A stretch of 64,000 nucleotides of DNA from Strigamia acuminata. Taxonomy: Eukaryota. Below, piece by piece: positions 21,688 through 36,100 of the stretch. The position numbers were made by a program, and so were the translations under genes. The stretch spans positions 12,090,001 to 12,154,000 of the forward strand of contig OX442314.1 in NCBI GenBank assembly GCA_949358305.1, given 5' to 3'. Position 1 is the first letter of the stretch; the number at the start of each line of letters is the position of its first letter. The notes below the pieces were generated by a model, which ran no database searches, was not told the origin of the DNA, and saw only the letters and a program-made list of their open reading frames with translations.

Positions 21688-24671
21688 GGTTGTTTTTGGG
21701 TTAATAGAATTACTTTGCGTGTGCAGCGCATATATGCAGTGTTGATATTGATATGATTTGTTTGTTTGTTATCTCGGTTTGGTTTGTTTTTAATGTTGGA
21801 CTTTAATTTATCGATTTCATAATGGATTATTTTTTTTTTTTTTTACATTTTTTTTTTATTTAATTTTAATTTTTTTTTTTTTAAATTTGAAATCGTGTCA
21901 GTGTCGTTACTGTTTGTTTTCAGTTTTACTATCTCAAGTGTTAGATCATTATCTGGCGATTTATTACACTCGCTCTGGTTGTGTTCGATTGGCGCGATTA
22001 ATGTTGGGACGTTTAGCTGTCGAATATCGGAACCGGAAGCCATATAACTTCAGTATTTGCAGTGCTGGACTCGGTCCCTTGGCACAGGCAACTTACAACT
22101 TAGGGGTCCTGCAGTGATCCGGGTTCGGATGCGGTTAAACCGTCTTTTAGTCCTAAAATCAAATAATTAACGGTTGTCTAGGGGTAAAATAATTACACAG
22201 ATAAGATAAGTAATTTAAAAAAATGCACAAATAATTTATTCGGGATAAATACAATGAAATGAGAAATGAACATAGAAATGAATAATAAAATAAAGAAATG
22301 CGTACAATGGTTGTTGCACGCGAAAATGGCGGAAACGTCGTCTTCTCCCTCTTTTACTTATAAATATTTTTAGTGGTGACAATTCAAATATAAATTAATA
22401 CATTTGAGACCACCACAGTCCCCATGGCAAAAAATGTACTAAGCTTATTTTAGGTGAGAAAATTCACTTTGAGTGAAATATTTATCTTTATGAGTGAAAG
22501 AATTAATTACCGACAAAATAATGTTGTGATTTTAAGGTTGTGGCCCTAAACCATTGGGGCCCCTACGCATTGCCAAATTTATGGGCAATCCGAGCTGATT
22601 TATGTTCCGTGAGTAGTTTATAATATGATGTAAACAGCCTAAAATAAATCTTGTAAGAAATTTGTTACTGGATGTAAGTTAGTAAACAACACTCTGTAGG
22701 ATAGATGAAGAGTTGGAATGTATGTGGACTCAGCTCGTATATTTAGAGTAAACTATCAAGATGTGTGGCGCCGATTCCACCGGGAAACATTGATTAAAGT
22801 CGTCGGCAACGTGGATGCACGAGAAAACGACTACAGTAAGAGTAAGAGCTAGGTAATTGTTCGGGTCAAACCATAATCTAGCTTCTCTACACACACCGTT
22901 CTATTCGTGGAATAAAATTAAAGTTTCATCACATTGGTTTCAATTGCATTATGTTGCTAGCCGAAGCGTCGTTACTGCCATTAGCGAGTGTTCGTTGTTT
23001 CGATTGCGAGTCTGTTGAGCCACGGGCCCAATTTATTGGGTTTGGGTCCGTGGTGGAGCGAACAGCATTACCGTGTGCTATTGCCAAAAACTATTTTTTG
23101 CTCGCAAATATGGCCTGCAATATTTTTTTATTTTTATTTTTTGTACTTAAAGGCGAAATAAAGTTATTAATTCTGCCCGAATGTCTTGTGCATTTTTCTA
23201 ATCGTATTTGTCATGAATATTTTATTAAACGTATATATTATTTACGAGTAGTTGTGCAATATGTAAAATACGAAATGCAAATGAAATGAAGCGTCGTTGC
23301 CGTGCAACTATTAAAGCGATGCACGAAATTGATGTTAAATATGTGGAGAATTGTGGAAAGATAAGCGCGGATAATTGCCTTTCAAACGGAAACAAAATAA
23401 ATAAATAAAGCAATCTGTTTATGTGTTCGAAATAAGTGGAATTTCATTTATATAAATGGCAAATGCAGAGCCATCGAACTTGACAATGCGACATCTGCAG
23501 GTGGTATAACCAACTTGAAAATTGAAGCGTCGACGAGAGTTGATAAATTAATTTTGTATTTCACGTTAGTTTGATCGTTTCAAAAATAGTTGCAGCATCA
23601 AACTAGTATTTTTAGTACGCGATAAGAATGAGAAAAACAATTTTAAACCGCTTTGCGGCAATTTATCGTATTTATCAAGTGCTATTAAAAATGGCTCGTG
23701 AGAAATTAAAGAAATGGCGGCGAGCGAGCATATTTTCAATTTCATAAACCCAATTTATTTAAAATTTAATTGCTCGCTAACTTAATTATTAACCGTAAAG
23801 TCCTTTATTATGAAGATGGACATTCGCATCGACTAACATCCTCGCGAGCCCACACGTACAACGCATCTTAATCATTATTCAAAAACACCAACGACGAATA
23901 TCGAGCATCATTAACATTTCATTTCTGCCCGTTTCCCCACGACTTTAAAACGCAATTTAAGTGAAAAACGAGTCGTGTCATCAACCAGTATTGATGACAC
24001 GATGAAAGACATACAAGAAAGAGTCAAAGAACACGTCATTTCATTTCTTGGCACAATCGAAGCTGTTTAAAGTGGCATTTCCTCGTCCTGTTCTACTTTT
24101 GTCGGACTAATTGAAATTCCACTGCAATCTAAAGTGCGAGCCGAGTGCGAGGTCTTGTCTGCAAGATAAACCACGTGATATTAAATTAAAGACAGGCTTT
24201 GAAACAACATTCTGGAACCACATAAAGAAAGGAAAACGTATCCGTGGATCAACAAACCTTGACATTTCAGTTTTTCGTTCACTTGTAAACGATCTTTTCT
24301 CCATTTTTAACTTTTTTCAGCGTCGTGGAAAAAGTAGTCGCCCGTTTACTCGCGAGTTGCACGCTGTCTGCAGTCGTATTACGTATCCAGCTGCGTGGCT
24401 AATATTAGCTACTTCGTGCATCCACTCTCCGCAGCTGACTGTACAAGTGCGTATGCTTGACAGCGTTCACCTCCAGCTCTGTCGACCCGCGTCTCTCCTC
24501 TTCCTCTTGACCCAGCAACCAACTTCCGAATTGCATTTTTACATTGACGCGTTTATTGTCCTTCAAATGCGACAGCAGCTTGGATACTATCGATCAAATT
24601 GACAACGATTATGACTTTTTTGTTATTTAAAAAAAATATACCGCTATATATTTTTGCGTGAAACTGTTGAC

Positions 24672-27600
24672 ATGTCAATACGACTGTCGATTCGTGCGGT
24701 AGTTTTGGTTGGACTTTTAGCGCTTGTCATCGGATTGGCGGTGGGACTTTTGCTCGGATTTGTGTTGACTTCCAGCTCGGAATCGGACCACGATGCTAAA
24801 ATCGCACTGATTCGACGTTTGACTGCCGACGGATGGAGTGAATCACCCGAAATCAATCAACGCGTCCTCAATTTGATCGATCCGGAAAGAATCAGAGAAA
24901 ATTTGAGGTTTGATCTATTTATTTTTATTAAATTCTCGTGAAAATATCTTTCGTTTTGCTTGAACGCTTCAAGGATGAAAGTAGACACTTGTTTACGTAA
25001 CCAGAACTGCCAGTGTCTGCTTATAGTTAAATAAAGAGTCGCTTTGTGTTTGTATTCTGTATCGCCGTTATCAGTAAAGCGCTTAATTAACTCTGACATT
25101 TTTAGTATAATTTTAGCTTTTTTTTTTCTTTTTTTTTGATGAATGTAAACAGATTTCTTTCCAAGGTTCCTCATTTGGCGGGAACAGAAACGGATAATCA
25201 GCTCGCAATCCAAATTCGGGACAGATGGCTTCGTCATTTGGATTCGGTTCAACTAATCCCTTACGATGTTTTGTTGTCGTATTCAAATCTGAAGAAACCG
25301 AACACCGTGAGTTTAAATTCCTTTTACAAAACATCCAATTGAATATTCACTATTTAAACACGTTTAAATTCTTCTGCATTTATTTGTGCGAGATTTGGAA
25401 AAAGAAAAAAGAAAAGAAAAACGTCATGATTCAATTGAATCGTTGAACAGGTGCAGTTATTAGGCCTAAATGGGAAGGTCCTTTTCAATTCCTCTTGTCG
25501 AGAAGAAGTCTTAAGACCCGAAGACGACCACGGGGAATTGAATGATGCTTACCACGCTTATTCCCCTAGTGGAACTGCGCAAGTGAGTGGAAAGTTTTGA
25601 GTGCTTTTACTGCTTTGAATGGTCTTCCGTCATTGAATTCTCTCTTATCAATGTTAGGGAGATTTGGTGTTTGCTAATCAAGGAACCGAGGACGATTATT
25701 CGGAGCTTAAAGAGCACAAAATCAAGGTGGAAGGCAACATCGTGATCGTCAGAGAAGGAGGGCTGCCGACTGGGGCCAAGGTAGGATGAAATAAATGCAG
25801 TCGATGCGCTTTTGTGGGATTTCAATCAACAATTTCCGCTCAGATAAAAATCGCGCAGGAGCACGGCGCTATTGGCGTAATTACTTATCCGGCTCCGGCA
25901 GATGTGGCACCGAGAGGCACGGCTGTGAATCAAGTTTACCCGTACAGCACTTCATTGCCCGCGTCTGGAATTGTTCGTTCCTCGGCCGCAATTCAAGTAG
26001 GAGATCCTTTGACTCCTGGTTATCCATCCATCAGTAAGGAATCGCGATCCTTTTAGCGTTTTCAATGTAGTTTAACTGTGCAACCGCAACAGATGGCGCT
26101 TATCGACTTCCTCTCAAAGATGCTCTTCTGCCTCGGATTCCGAGTCAGCCAATCAGTTATAATGATGCATATGTCTTACTCAAGTATAAACAAATTTTTT
26201 TTTTAATTTTTATTAGAAAAATGTACGTTTTTTAACGTTTTTATTAGAAAAATGTACGTTTTTAAACGTTTTTATTAGAAAAATGTACGTTTTTAACGTT
26301 TTTATTAGAAAAATGTACGTTTTTAACGGTTTTATTAAAAATGTACGTTTTTAACGTTTTTATTAGAAAAATGTACGTTTTTAACGGTTTTTTTTAGAAA
26401 AATGTACGTTTTTTAACGTTTTTATTAGAAAAATGTACGTTTTTTAACGTTTTTTATTAAAAAAATGTACGTTTTTTAACGGTTTTACTAGAAAAATGTA
26501 CGTTTTTAAACGTTTTTATTAGAAAAATGTACGTTTTTAACGTTTTTATTTGAAAAATGTACGTTTTTTAACGTTTAAATTAGAATAATGTACGTTTTTT
26601 AACGGTTTATTAGAAAAATGTACGTTTTTTAACGTTTTTATTAGAAAAATAAAGTTTTAATTAGAAAAATGTACGTTTTTTAACGTTTTTATTAGAAAAA
26701 TATACGTTTTTTAAAGTTTTAATTAGAAAAATGTACGTTTTTTAACGTTTTTATTAGAAAAATGTACGTTTTTTAACGTTTTTATAATAGTGATGGTGTT
26801 TTTCCTTCGTTTTATTCTATAGAGATTTGAGAGGAGAAGAAATTCCAGAGTTATGGCAAGGGGATTTTAACCTCACTTACAGATTCGGTCCAGGATTCAC
26901 TCAACGAAATCAGTAAGTAGAGGAATAGTTTATCGATTAATTATGTTTCCCGTGCCGAGGAAGATTCGATTTTCCGACGAGTGAACTGATCTGAAATTAT
27001 ACGAAAAAAAAATTGATTATTTTTTCCTTTGAATTTTTAAAGCAAGGTCCGTTTGAACGTGAATAATCAGAACATACGTACTCCATCTTTTAACGTGATT
27101 GGAATGATAAAGGGCAGTATTGAATCAGATCGATATGTAATATTGGGAAACCATCGGGATGCCTGGGGTGTAGGCGCATTGGATCCATCGAGTGGCACTG
27201 CCATGCTCCTCGAAGTTACTCGTGTATTTGGGCAATTACTTAAAGAAGGTGAAGTTTTGCTTTGAGATAAGGAAAAAAAAGCAAATGCGTTACTCAAATT
27301 GGAGGAATTGTTTGTGCCGCTACCCCTATGCGTCGCTGCTGAGCAGCATGAGCAAACATGGCGATTATCTGTCATTGGAGTTCCATCGTAAATTGATTTT
27401 TAGTGTTTTCTAAGAGATTGCGAGTGATTCGGAGTATTTTATTTACTTTTATGGTGGATCCCACATTCCCAGGTGGTATTTTTAACTTTTTATGTACTTT
27501 TGTATGATTGCAAGCAGTTTATATTCAAATGACTTGGCAAGTGTGACTCGAATAAAAACATCTTTGGCGCTAATTTTGTCTCGCTCGGCGGCGGTGGCAA

Positions 27601-29485
27601 ATGCTGAGCTGGCATTTTCCTCGCTGTTTGTGGCTTTTAGGGAGTTCGAAGTCGTGTTAAACTTCCGCTTGAACAATTTCTCAAATTTCCAGTAATGTAT
27701 ATACACATTTAAACTGTTTTTTTTTTCTTTTAAGTTTTACATTTTAAATTTTAAAGGGTGGCGACCAAGAAGAACTATTGTGTTTTGTAGTTGGGGTGGT
27801 GAAGAATTCGGTTTAATTGGCTCTACTGAATGGGTTGAAGTAAAATATACAAATAAATAAATAAATAACTCGATAATTTTTATAATTTTGTACATTATAA
27901 TTTTTTTTTTAGGAGAAATTACCGAAATTACAAAAAGGCGCAGTTGCTTACATAAATACAGACATTTGTGTGATGGGTAACTTAACTATACAAAATATGA
28001 TTAATAAATAAATTATTTATTTATTTATTCTTAAGGAAATACTTTTACCACTATGCTGAGCCCAGTTTTAAAAAATGCCATATTTCACGTGACTAAAATG
28101 GTAGGAATTTATAAAAAAAAAATATTTTTAAAAGAATTTAAATATAAAAAATACAAAATAACAAATTTTTGGTTTTCCTGCAACAGATTCCCGATCCAGA
28201 GAAAGTCCATTCTTCGTTATACAATGCGTGGACTGCGGCCGATGATTCGTCCGAGTCGGAACCAAAGTGAATAAACCCGCGCGCATGAATTGAAAATGGC
28301 GCTTAATGAATAATTCAATATCTTTACATATAGAATGGATCAATTGGGGCCCTTCAGTGATTTTGCACCTTTCATCTTCCACGCTGGAATCCCTGTATTG
28401 GATTTTAATTGGCAGCCAGCTCTAGTTAACTAATTACAATTTCAAATCGAACATCTCTGAATAAACCCATTCTCTTACTTATTATAATTAGGAAAACCAA
28501 ACGGGCGGTGTGTACCCGACTTATCACACGGGTTTCGAGACCTTTTATTTGATGGAGAAATTGATTGATCCGACTTTTAAACGCCATCAAAGTTGTGGTC
28601 ATGTGGCTGCTCTGATGGTCCGTTACATGGCAGGTGAGGAAAAGCAATTTATTTTACTTAACTTTAGGTGTTTAATGCGCATTTTATGGCATAAGTTTGG
28701 GGGGAATGTCAGCTTTTTTTAATGAGACGATAAATTGCCACTTTGATGTCCGTATTTATGTCCCATTCTGTCTTAAAGCCGAGATGAATTTTCTTTTTTC
28801 TGCGCAGATAGTGCTCTGTTGCCTTTAAGTGTAACTCAAATGGCGAAAGGTGTGAAAGAGGAAATCGAGAAATATTTTCTGGAATTGGAGGAGCCAATGA
28901 GCGAACGAGGAGTTCCTGTGTGTGAGTTTATGGATATATGAGAGAACACAGTCGATAAATCGTTAAAAGTGAATGAATATAAATTTGGTTCATTCAAACA
29001 GCCACGTTAGTCGAAGCCGTCCGCAATTTCACGCAAGTTGCTGAAGAATGGCAAGCTGAAGTCGATAAAATTAATCGCCAAAAGTACGTTTACATACGAA
29101 ATTAATTAATTTAAAAAATATATTTATTTTTTTGTTTACAGTCCTATTGCAATTCGAATGGCGAACGATCAAATAATGGCGCTCGAAAGGGTTTTTGTGT
29201 CTTTGCCAAGCCCGAAAGCTCAGGACTGGTTTTCCAGGTTTGAAACCTGGAATAATTGTTGATAAATATTTATAAAGTAAGGTTTTATTTGTTTATTTTT
29301 TATCCGAATGCAGGCATCGATTGTATTCGAGTGTTTCTGCCGTTTTGAATTTATTCGACGCGATGGAAAACGCGAGAAACAAGAGGGAAGAAAACGAAAT
29401 ATGGCAGAACATAAACAGACACGTTTCTGATTTATTAATTGTTGTTCATCAAGCTAGCGATATCTTGAGGACAAATACAATATGA
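24672..29485 (+). CDS. Glutamate carboxypeptidase II / NAALADase family type II membrane metallopeptidase (M28B), multi-exon
   Basis: N-terminal [81 protein letters not shown]. The Zn-ligand motifs are all present. Confidence 0.93.
26207..26785. repeat. Intronic ~31-bp minisatellite
   Basis: TTATTAGAAAAATGTACGTTTTTTAACGTTT repeated ~18 times inside a NAALADase intron. Confidence 0.95.
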
Positions 29486-30136
29486 TCCAACTGTCGTCAC
29501 TCGTCAATACATGGAAAGGTTCAACGACCTTCGATTTGTAAATAGAATAATACAGCTGCGAAACGTTTAATTTTTAAAGCAGAAACGTTTTTAATTTATA
29601 AAAATGGAACTTAAAACAAGTTATATTTGTAAAGTTTAGTAGGCTTTGTTATTTGTTACAAGATTATATAATAAAAAAAAATTTAATTTTAATTTTGTAT
29701 AACCTGCTCTCGCGTGTTGACACCAGGGTCACAAGTAGCGAACCTGAAGACAGTGCTTTGTTTAGGACTAAATGGACCAAATGTAAGAGGTGATATCAAC
29801 ACAGTTTTATGTTTAACGAGGTTAAAGGATGCGTGAATGTCTGATATTTTATAAATAATTTAAAGAAAAAAAATATAATTAAGTGTTGAAAGAAAAGTCT
29901 GCGGAAATTATGACGGAAATAAATATTTTTGGTGGAAATTTTAAATAAGAAAACACGCAATTTTTAACTCTCAAAACAGGAATCCTTAGGGCACGCATCG
30001 GTGGCTCAAGTAGGCGGTACTCGTATACGTATGACGTCACACAACGGCTACAGCGGTCCGGGGAAGTGAATGTGAAGGGCTGTGAAAAGCTTTTTTTTTA
30101 ATTTAAAAAAACACTTGGAATACATATCGAGAAAGA

Positions 30137-31642
30137 ATGAATTATAAGTTTGTTTTTGTGTTTGTCATGTATTTGGCAATATTCGTATCTGGATTTATTA
30201 TCACAATTGCGTTGGGATTAACAAAGGTAAGACAAAAGCGACTTACAGGTGCGAGTTGGCAAAATGGATTCGCCCAACATAACAAGTTGTATCTAAATAA
30301 TCGGACACAAGAGTAAATTCAAGGTCAAATCATTGCTTTTCTTCAATTAAACAATGGACAGTGAAGACCATCGAAGAATGTGTGCATTCTTTTTGCAAAA
30401 TTCAAAGATTTTAAAAGAAAAAATATTTGGAATCCACCTGGTGGGACGCTGAGTTAAAACGACAGGTTTTTAACCTCAACTCTTTTTTTTTTTCGTGGTA
30501 ATTAAATTGCACCTTCTGCTGAAAGCGAAATGTGATGATGATAACATTTCTTGGGAAGAGCAAAATCTAATTATAATTTTCTTAATGATAAATTAGCGAG
30601 ATAAAACTTTAAAATTTTGCATTATAAATATTTATTTTATTTTTATTTCTTCTGTAGAGTAATTTTGATGGCAATTGTCCGCTATATTTGGACTTGGACT
30701 GGAGAGACATTACGAGTTTCACCATTAAATCATTTGGAAGAGGGACTACCTGCGATTACGTCATTTATTTACCTTTAATCACGTGTATATTATTTCCATT
30801 CATCATGCTGCTCTTAATGGGTTACATCATTTTCCAAACATACTTGGGAAACACTGCGGCAGAGTAAGAACAAATAAATTTTTTAATTTTTATTTCAATT
30901 AATTCAATTATTTTTTTTTCCAGAAAGAGACTTAAACCAATACCACTATTAGTCGTAAACTGCTTAAGTTTTTTCTTAATATTTATCGCTGCATGCGTAG
31001 TGACCACCGGCAGAAGAAAACTGTGTTCCAGCCTCACTGATTTTCCCGCCGCTTATGGACGACCGAGCGCCACGTAATAAATCACTCAAGCTATAATAAT
31101 CGTAAATTAATAGTAGGCGCATTCATAAAGTAATTTAAAAAATGACGGCTGGATTTAGTCTGTTTTCAGTCAGTGCGCATGCGCACATTTAAACTGCATT
31201 TAACTGCCAAGTTAAACCTAACTTTATTGAAAATTGCCCGTGATCATTAAGTTTTAGTCTCTATCTTTAAAGATAGAAATTATTATCCAATTGCAAGTTG
31301 TTGATCACCATTTATATAGTCTTAAAATGTCCAAACATTAATCTTTTTTTTGTTAATAGATGTTACGAGGGCGAACAGATTGAATGGCATCACCCGCGGT
31401 TTAGGACGGCTACTTTCGTTCGGGACATCATTCTCGCGGAAGTAATAAAAAATAGATTTTTTAAAATTTTACCAACGAAATAAATATTTATTTTAAAAAT
31501 ATTTTTCTTCCAGGTTGTTTTGTGGATATGTTTAATATGGTGGATTTTCTTAATCGTGCCTGAACTTTTGGGATTATGGAGAAGAAGAGGGTTAAAGGCT
31601 TCGGCTTCGCCCGAGTCGGGGACAACGACGACTAAATATTGA
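30137..31642 (+). CDS. TMEM179-like four-TM protein (5 exons; mostly missed by the ORF track)
   Basis: Manual splicing gives MNYKFVFVFVMYLAIFVSGFIITIALGLTK|SNFDGNCPLY...FGRGTTCDY...AACVVTTGRRKLCSSL...CYEGEQIEW...ILAE|VVLWICLIWW. The FxGxCxLY / GxxxxC / GxxxxCxxl pattern matches TMEM179 as I remember it. Confidence 0.72.
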
Positions 31643-33130
31643 ACCAAAGGGGGCGCACATCTAGCGCGACACAATTTACCGCGACAACAATGTATCGCAA
31701 GAAGAAATACGTAGTCGCAGTTTCCAAAGTCGCGGTAGATTCGTGTCGTGGTAAGATGACACGCCCCAAACTGCCAAAGATTTCTATTTCTACTGTTATC
31801 TATCATCCAGCAGGTGATTGGCATTTCCGGAACTGAAATACTTCCTTCCTTACATCATATTCATAATTGACATAACATAAAACATATATTCAGCGACCAC
31901 TAAAAAAAAATAATGCTGTGCTCTTTTAATACAACAAAAATTTACAAATTTCAAATAGAATTTTATAATAATATTCATAAAGCATTCTCACATTACAAAT
32001 TAATAATAATATTACAACAATCATGTGACATAAAACGTAAAATATTAACAACTAAACCGAAAAAAAAGTAAAAATTACACTTCGAAATAATATAAAAGTT
32101 GCACTTTCAAGCTCGTAATTTTACATCTATTATTCAAATAGCTTTTATTTCTTCTTTTGATGTGCTGTAAATTATGTATATCCATTTACGTGTGTACCGT
32201 TATATAAGTGAAAATCAACACAAAAAAATGTACCCATTTCCGTAAATTTTTTTCATTCACTTCTTAATAATAATAAAAAAAAATTTTAAAAAAAAACGAA
32301 AATAAAAAATGAATCAAAAGAATATATTAATGCTTCAAATACTTCTGTATATGACTATATATAAACTCGTTAAAAATTGCAATTATTTCACAAACTAGTA
32401 TAAATGTAATGATTGGAAAACGACGCTATTTGTATTAGAAATCTTACAAGTTAGTGCAGCAAGATTGAATCAGTTATTTGATTTTTGTTTAAATATTAAT
32501 GAAAGCAAAGTCAGATCTTTCCCCGCATTAATTGGAAGAAGATATTTGAATTGTTAAGTAAAAAATGGAAATTTCCGTTAAAACCAACTCAAAAACACCT
32601 CGTTAATGCCCACAACAGTCAGATCTAAATAACATTTGTACCGTAATACTTCATTGTCCTAAACTTATTACACAATAATCACTTCAGGTGAGAAAATAAT
32701 TCTTAAAAAGGCACTCACTATCCGTAGGCCGTACTGGGAACGAATTGAATTCTTTAATTCCTACCAGATCAAATATTATTTACCTGAGGTTTATTTATAT
32801 AATAGGTCAACAGTGTCCTAAATAAATCCCTCCAACTTAACAAAAATGATTTATTCACCGTGAAGTGATTATATCCGCCATTAATTCTCAAAAAGCGTGA
32901 CAAAAAAACAAATACAAAACAATAATAAATTTACAAATAAAAAACCAATCACATTTAGTGTTAAATTACATAATACACTCGAATACTGCTATTCATCTGA
33001 AACATATCGTAAGAAAGCATTCAAACTCTTAAAAATATAACAAAATAAACAATTAGTTCGCTCGATTCATTAGAAAAGCTACCCTGGAATGCGATACCGC
33101 TCGTGCTCTGGCTTCACTCAAATTCGCCGC

Positions 33131-36100
33131 TTATCTCACAGCCCATTGCATCACGCTGCTGTCTCGTCCGCCCAACGAAATGAGTCGAGTGTCGTCGGCT
33201 AAAAACCCGACCGCCGTCACGTGGCTGCTATGGCCTCCATAAATGTGGCATAAAGACTGAAGAGAACTTGAATTACTCGAATGCGAGTTAGAAAAACGAA
33301 GGAACTAACCTTAGGTTGACTAACTGGATAACAGTATAGTTTCACTTTGCCGTAATCGTCACCAGTGGCTAATAATTTGTGATTGTGCGACCGATCGCAC
33401 GTGTTTATGTCGGATCCGTCGCAACCTTCCGGCCATATCCCTTAAAGAGTGAAATTAACGTTTTAATTAGAATTTTGATATCATTTTAACGCTCTGTTTT
33501 ACCGTAAACGTTAAAACCTAAAGTGCAATTCTGCGTTGCCCATTCGGCATCTCGAAGTTGCGAGGAAGAAGGAATTTGTCGACAAACCGATGCGTTCCCT
33601 ACGAAATGTGACGTATTTTACAATTTTAAAAAATTTCCGTTATTTTTTTAGTTTTGCTTACAGTAAAGAAGTTCATAATCCCCGGACGTGGTTTGGATAT
33701 TAGTACTGTCTGTTGACCAGTCCAGATGCGTGATAAAACTCGAGTGTCCCTGCGAAAACATTGAAAAAATTAAATCGCCGCCATTTTGATTTTATCGTAT
33801 CTTATTTATTCAAAAAACTAGGTTTTTCTTGCCGGCAGCACTACAAATTATTTAATGATTAAACTATTCCTACAAACTGAACTATTTTTACTAGAACTAC
33901 TATAAAAAAAACTAATTTCTATCCGTTAAAATCTGCAAACTAAAAGTAGCAATCACTTACCATTTCTTACCACAGAATTGCATGTTCAAATCATAGGTTT
34001 TTATTTTATACATAAAAGGAAACAAAATTCTTTTCAAATACAAAATGTGTGTAAAATTTAACATTTTATGCATTCATGCCGTCAACATGCCGCAAAGCAG
34101 TTCCGCAATTAATATTAAACTGAATATACCATGCAATACTAAGCTGGAAATAGAAAAAAGTAGATATAATTGACCGTATTCATACCCAGTAGTAGAACAT
34201 GCGTTTCTGTGGTTTCTGATCTCGCTGTCAGTGAACATGAGAGAGAAAAAAAGGAGAAACATTAAAGTTGAGAGTAGATTGGCATCAGTATATCTCTCTT
34301 CGGGAGATAAGACACCAGCCAAGATATGTACAAAAGCCGCTCAAACGTTACTCGCGTTTTAAATGCTAAAAATGTCTTCCTGGACGCGCTAAACTCACCA
34401 AACACCTCCCAATTCGACTCAATTTCTCATAATTATCTGAAACTTGATAGATGTAGATGTTGTTATCGCGAGATCCCAACGCCAGAAATTTACCATCTAG
34501 AAAATACAAATTAAAATAAACATTTCCACGCCAGAAAACGATTTTTTAAGCCTTACCGGGTGAAAATTTACAAGCATCGATCGCTTCTGCGCCATCTAAA
34601 TGAGTGGAAGTAATTTCTCGTGTTGCAGCATTCATAACAACCCACTGCCCAATAACGGTACACACGATTAGAGTGGAACCCTCGGGAGAAAAACACGCCG
34701 ACTGAATGGGCTCCTGCGTTAAAATAATCAGTTCTCGTTAGTTAATTGCTCAAATTCGAGAAAAATCCACAAAAAAACAAAAAAATTCGTTTTTTTGTGT
34801 TTATTTCCATCTACTTACTCCAATAAATTTGTTCCAAACAACCGAATGGGACATCGTGTCCCACAAATGAATGGTTTTGTCATGGCCACCAGTAATGAAC
34901 TGATTCTGAGTTGGATGGATTGCGAGACCCCATAGTTCCTCCGTGTGCCCCTTCAAAGCGACGCAAACATTCAATTTTGATCGCACAAACCAAATTTCCT
35001 CGCTTTTCTTACTTGCACGATGGTTTGAAACGTTAGATTGAAACTGCCTTGAAGAATACAGTTCTTGGTTGTTCCTACAATGATACTACTTCCTCTTCCT
35101 TGAGTTATAGTGCGTACAGGTCCGACCGCATCTGGAAGCTAGAGCGCGATACACTTAAACGAGTTTTTAATACATCATCTAATGAATTGCTTCGGTGTAT
35201 ATTACCTGGGCAGTTTGGCCCGTCTTTTTGAATTGGTTGTCCCATTCGACCATTCGGCCGTCTCTACCGCCGGAAATGGTGTTGCCATCTTTCATGGCGC
35301 AAATTGAGAAAACTCCGCCGGGATGAACGTTCGATAAACATCTGAAAACACGATTTACCCCTAGAAAAGTACAAAATTTACTAATTTGCTCGTTGTAAAA
35401 GTAGAAATATACTAACCCCTCGTCCAAATAAGAATACTGCCGTTTGAATCTCCACTTATAACATCGCCGTTTTCAGAAAACGCGAGACAAAGCACGAATT
35501 TCGGTTTTTCGAGTTTCTGAAAAATATTTTTAACATTTTTAACATTTAAAATTTGGACCGACCGCCGTTTAAATCTCACTTCAAATATCCCCAGTTTTTT
35601 CGTGAGTGTAAAACCGTCTAAATTCCAAAAGCTTATGTGTCCACGTCCGCACGTGATGATGGTATTGCGGTCCATCGGATGAAATTCACACGCTAACACA
35701 GTTTCCGAAGCACACTACAAAATCGGAACCATTAATAACCGAGGCAGATCATTTTCCAAAACCGTCAACCTACTTTGGTTTCAACTAACTTATGACCTCT
35801 TTCTCCTTTCTGCCAGTCCCAAATGGACATGTTATGGTCAGATGCGTCGTCCACTGCACATAATAATAAACCGCCATCCTAAAATCCCAATAAAACAAAA
35901 TTAAAAACACAAAAATTTCAATTTTTCAATTTAAAAACACAAAAATTTCAATTTTTCAATTTAAAACTACAAAAATTTCAATTTTTCAATTTAAAAACAC
36001 AAAAATTTCAATTTTTCAATTTAAAAACACAAAAATTTCAACACAAATTTTAAATTTAAAAATATAATCTCACAGCTTTTGAAAAGGCCAAGCACGTGAC

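Noticed and set aside
22060..22597. Possible hAT-type MITE (CAGTGCTGGA...GGGGCCC...AATCCGAGCTG)
   Set aside because: The TIR match is weak and there is no 8-bp TSD; too degenerate to call.
24111..24602. 163-aa ORF upstream of the NAALADase
   Set aside because: No ATG start, no recognisable motif and no supported splice structure; probably promoter/UTR or decayed TE.
27250..27710. ORF-like fragments in a NAALADase intron
   Set aside because: Broken frames with no identifiable domain; possibly old TE debris.
29990..30020. tRNA-Gly-like start GCATCGGTGGCTCAAGT
   Set aside because: Only the first ~15 nt resemble a tRNA; there is no anticodon arm, B-box or acceptor-stem partner.
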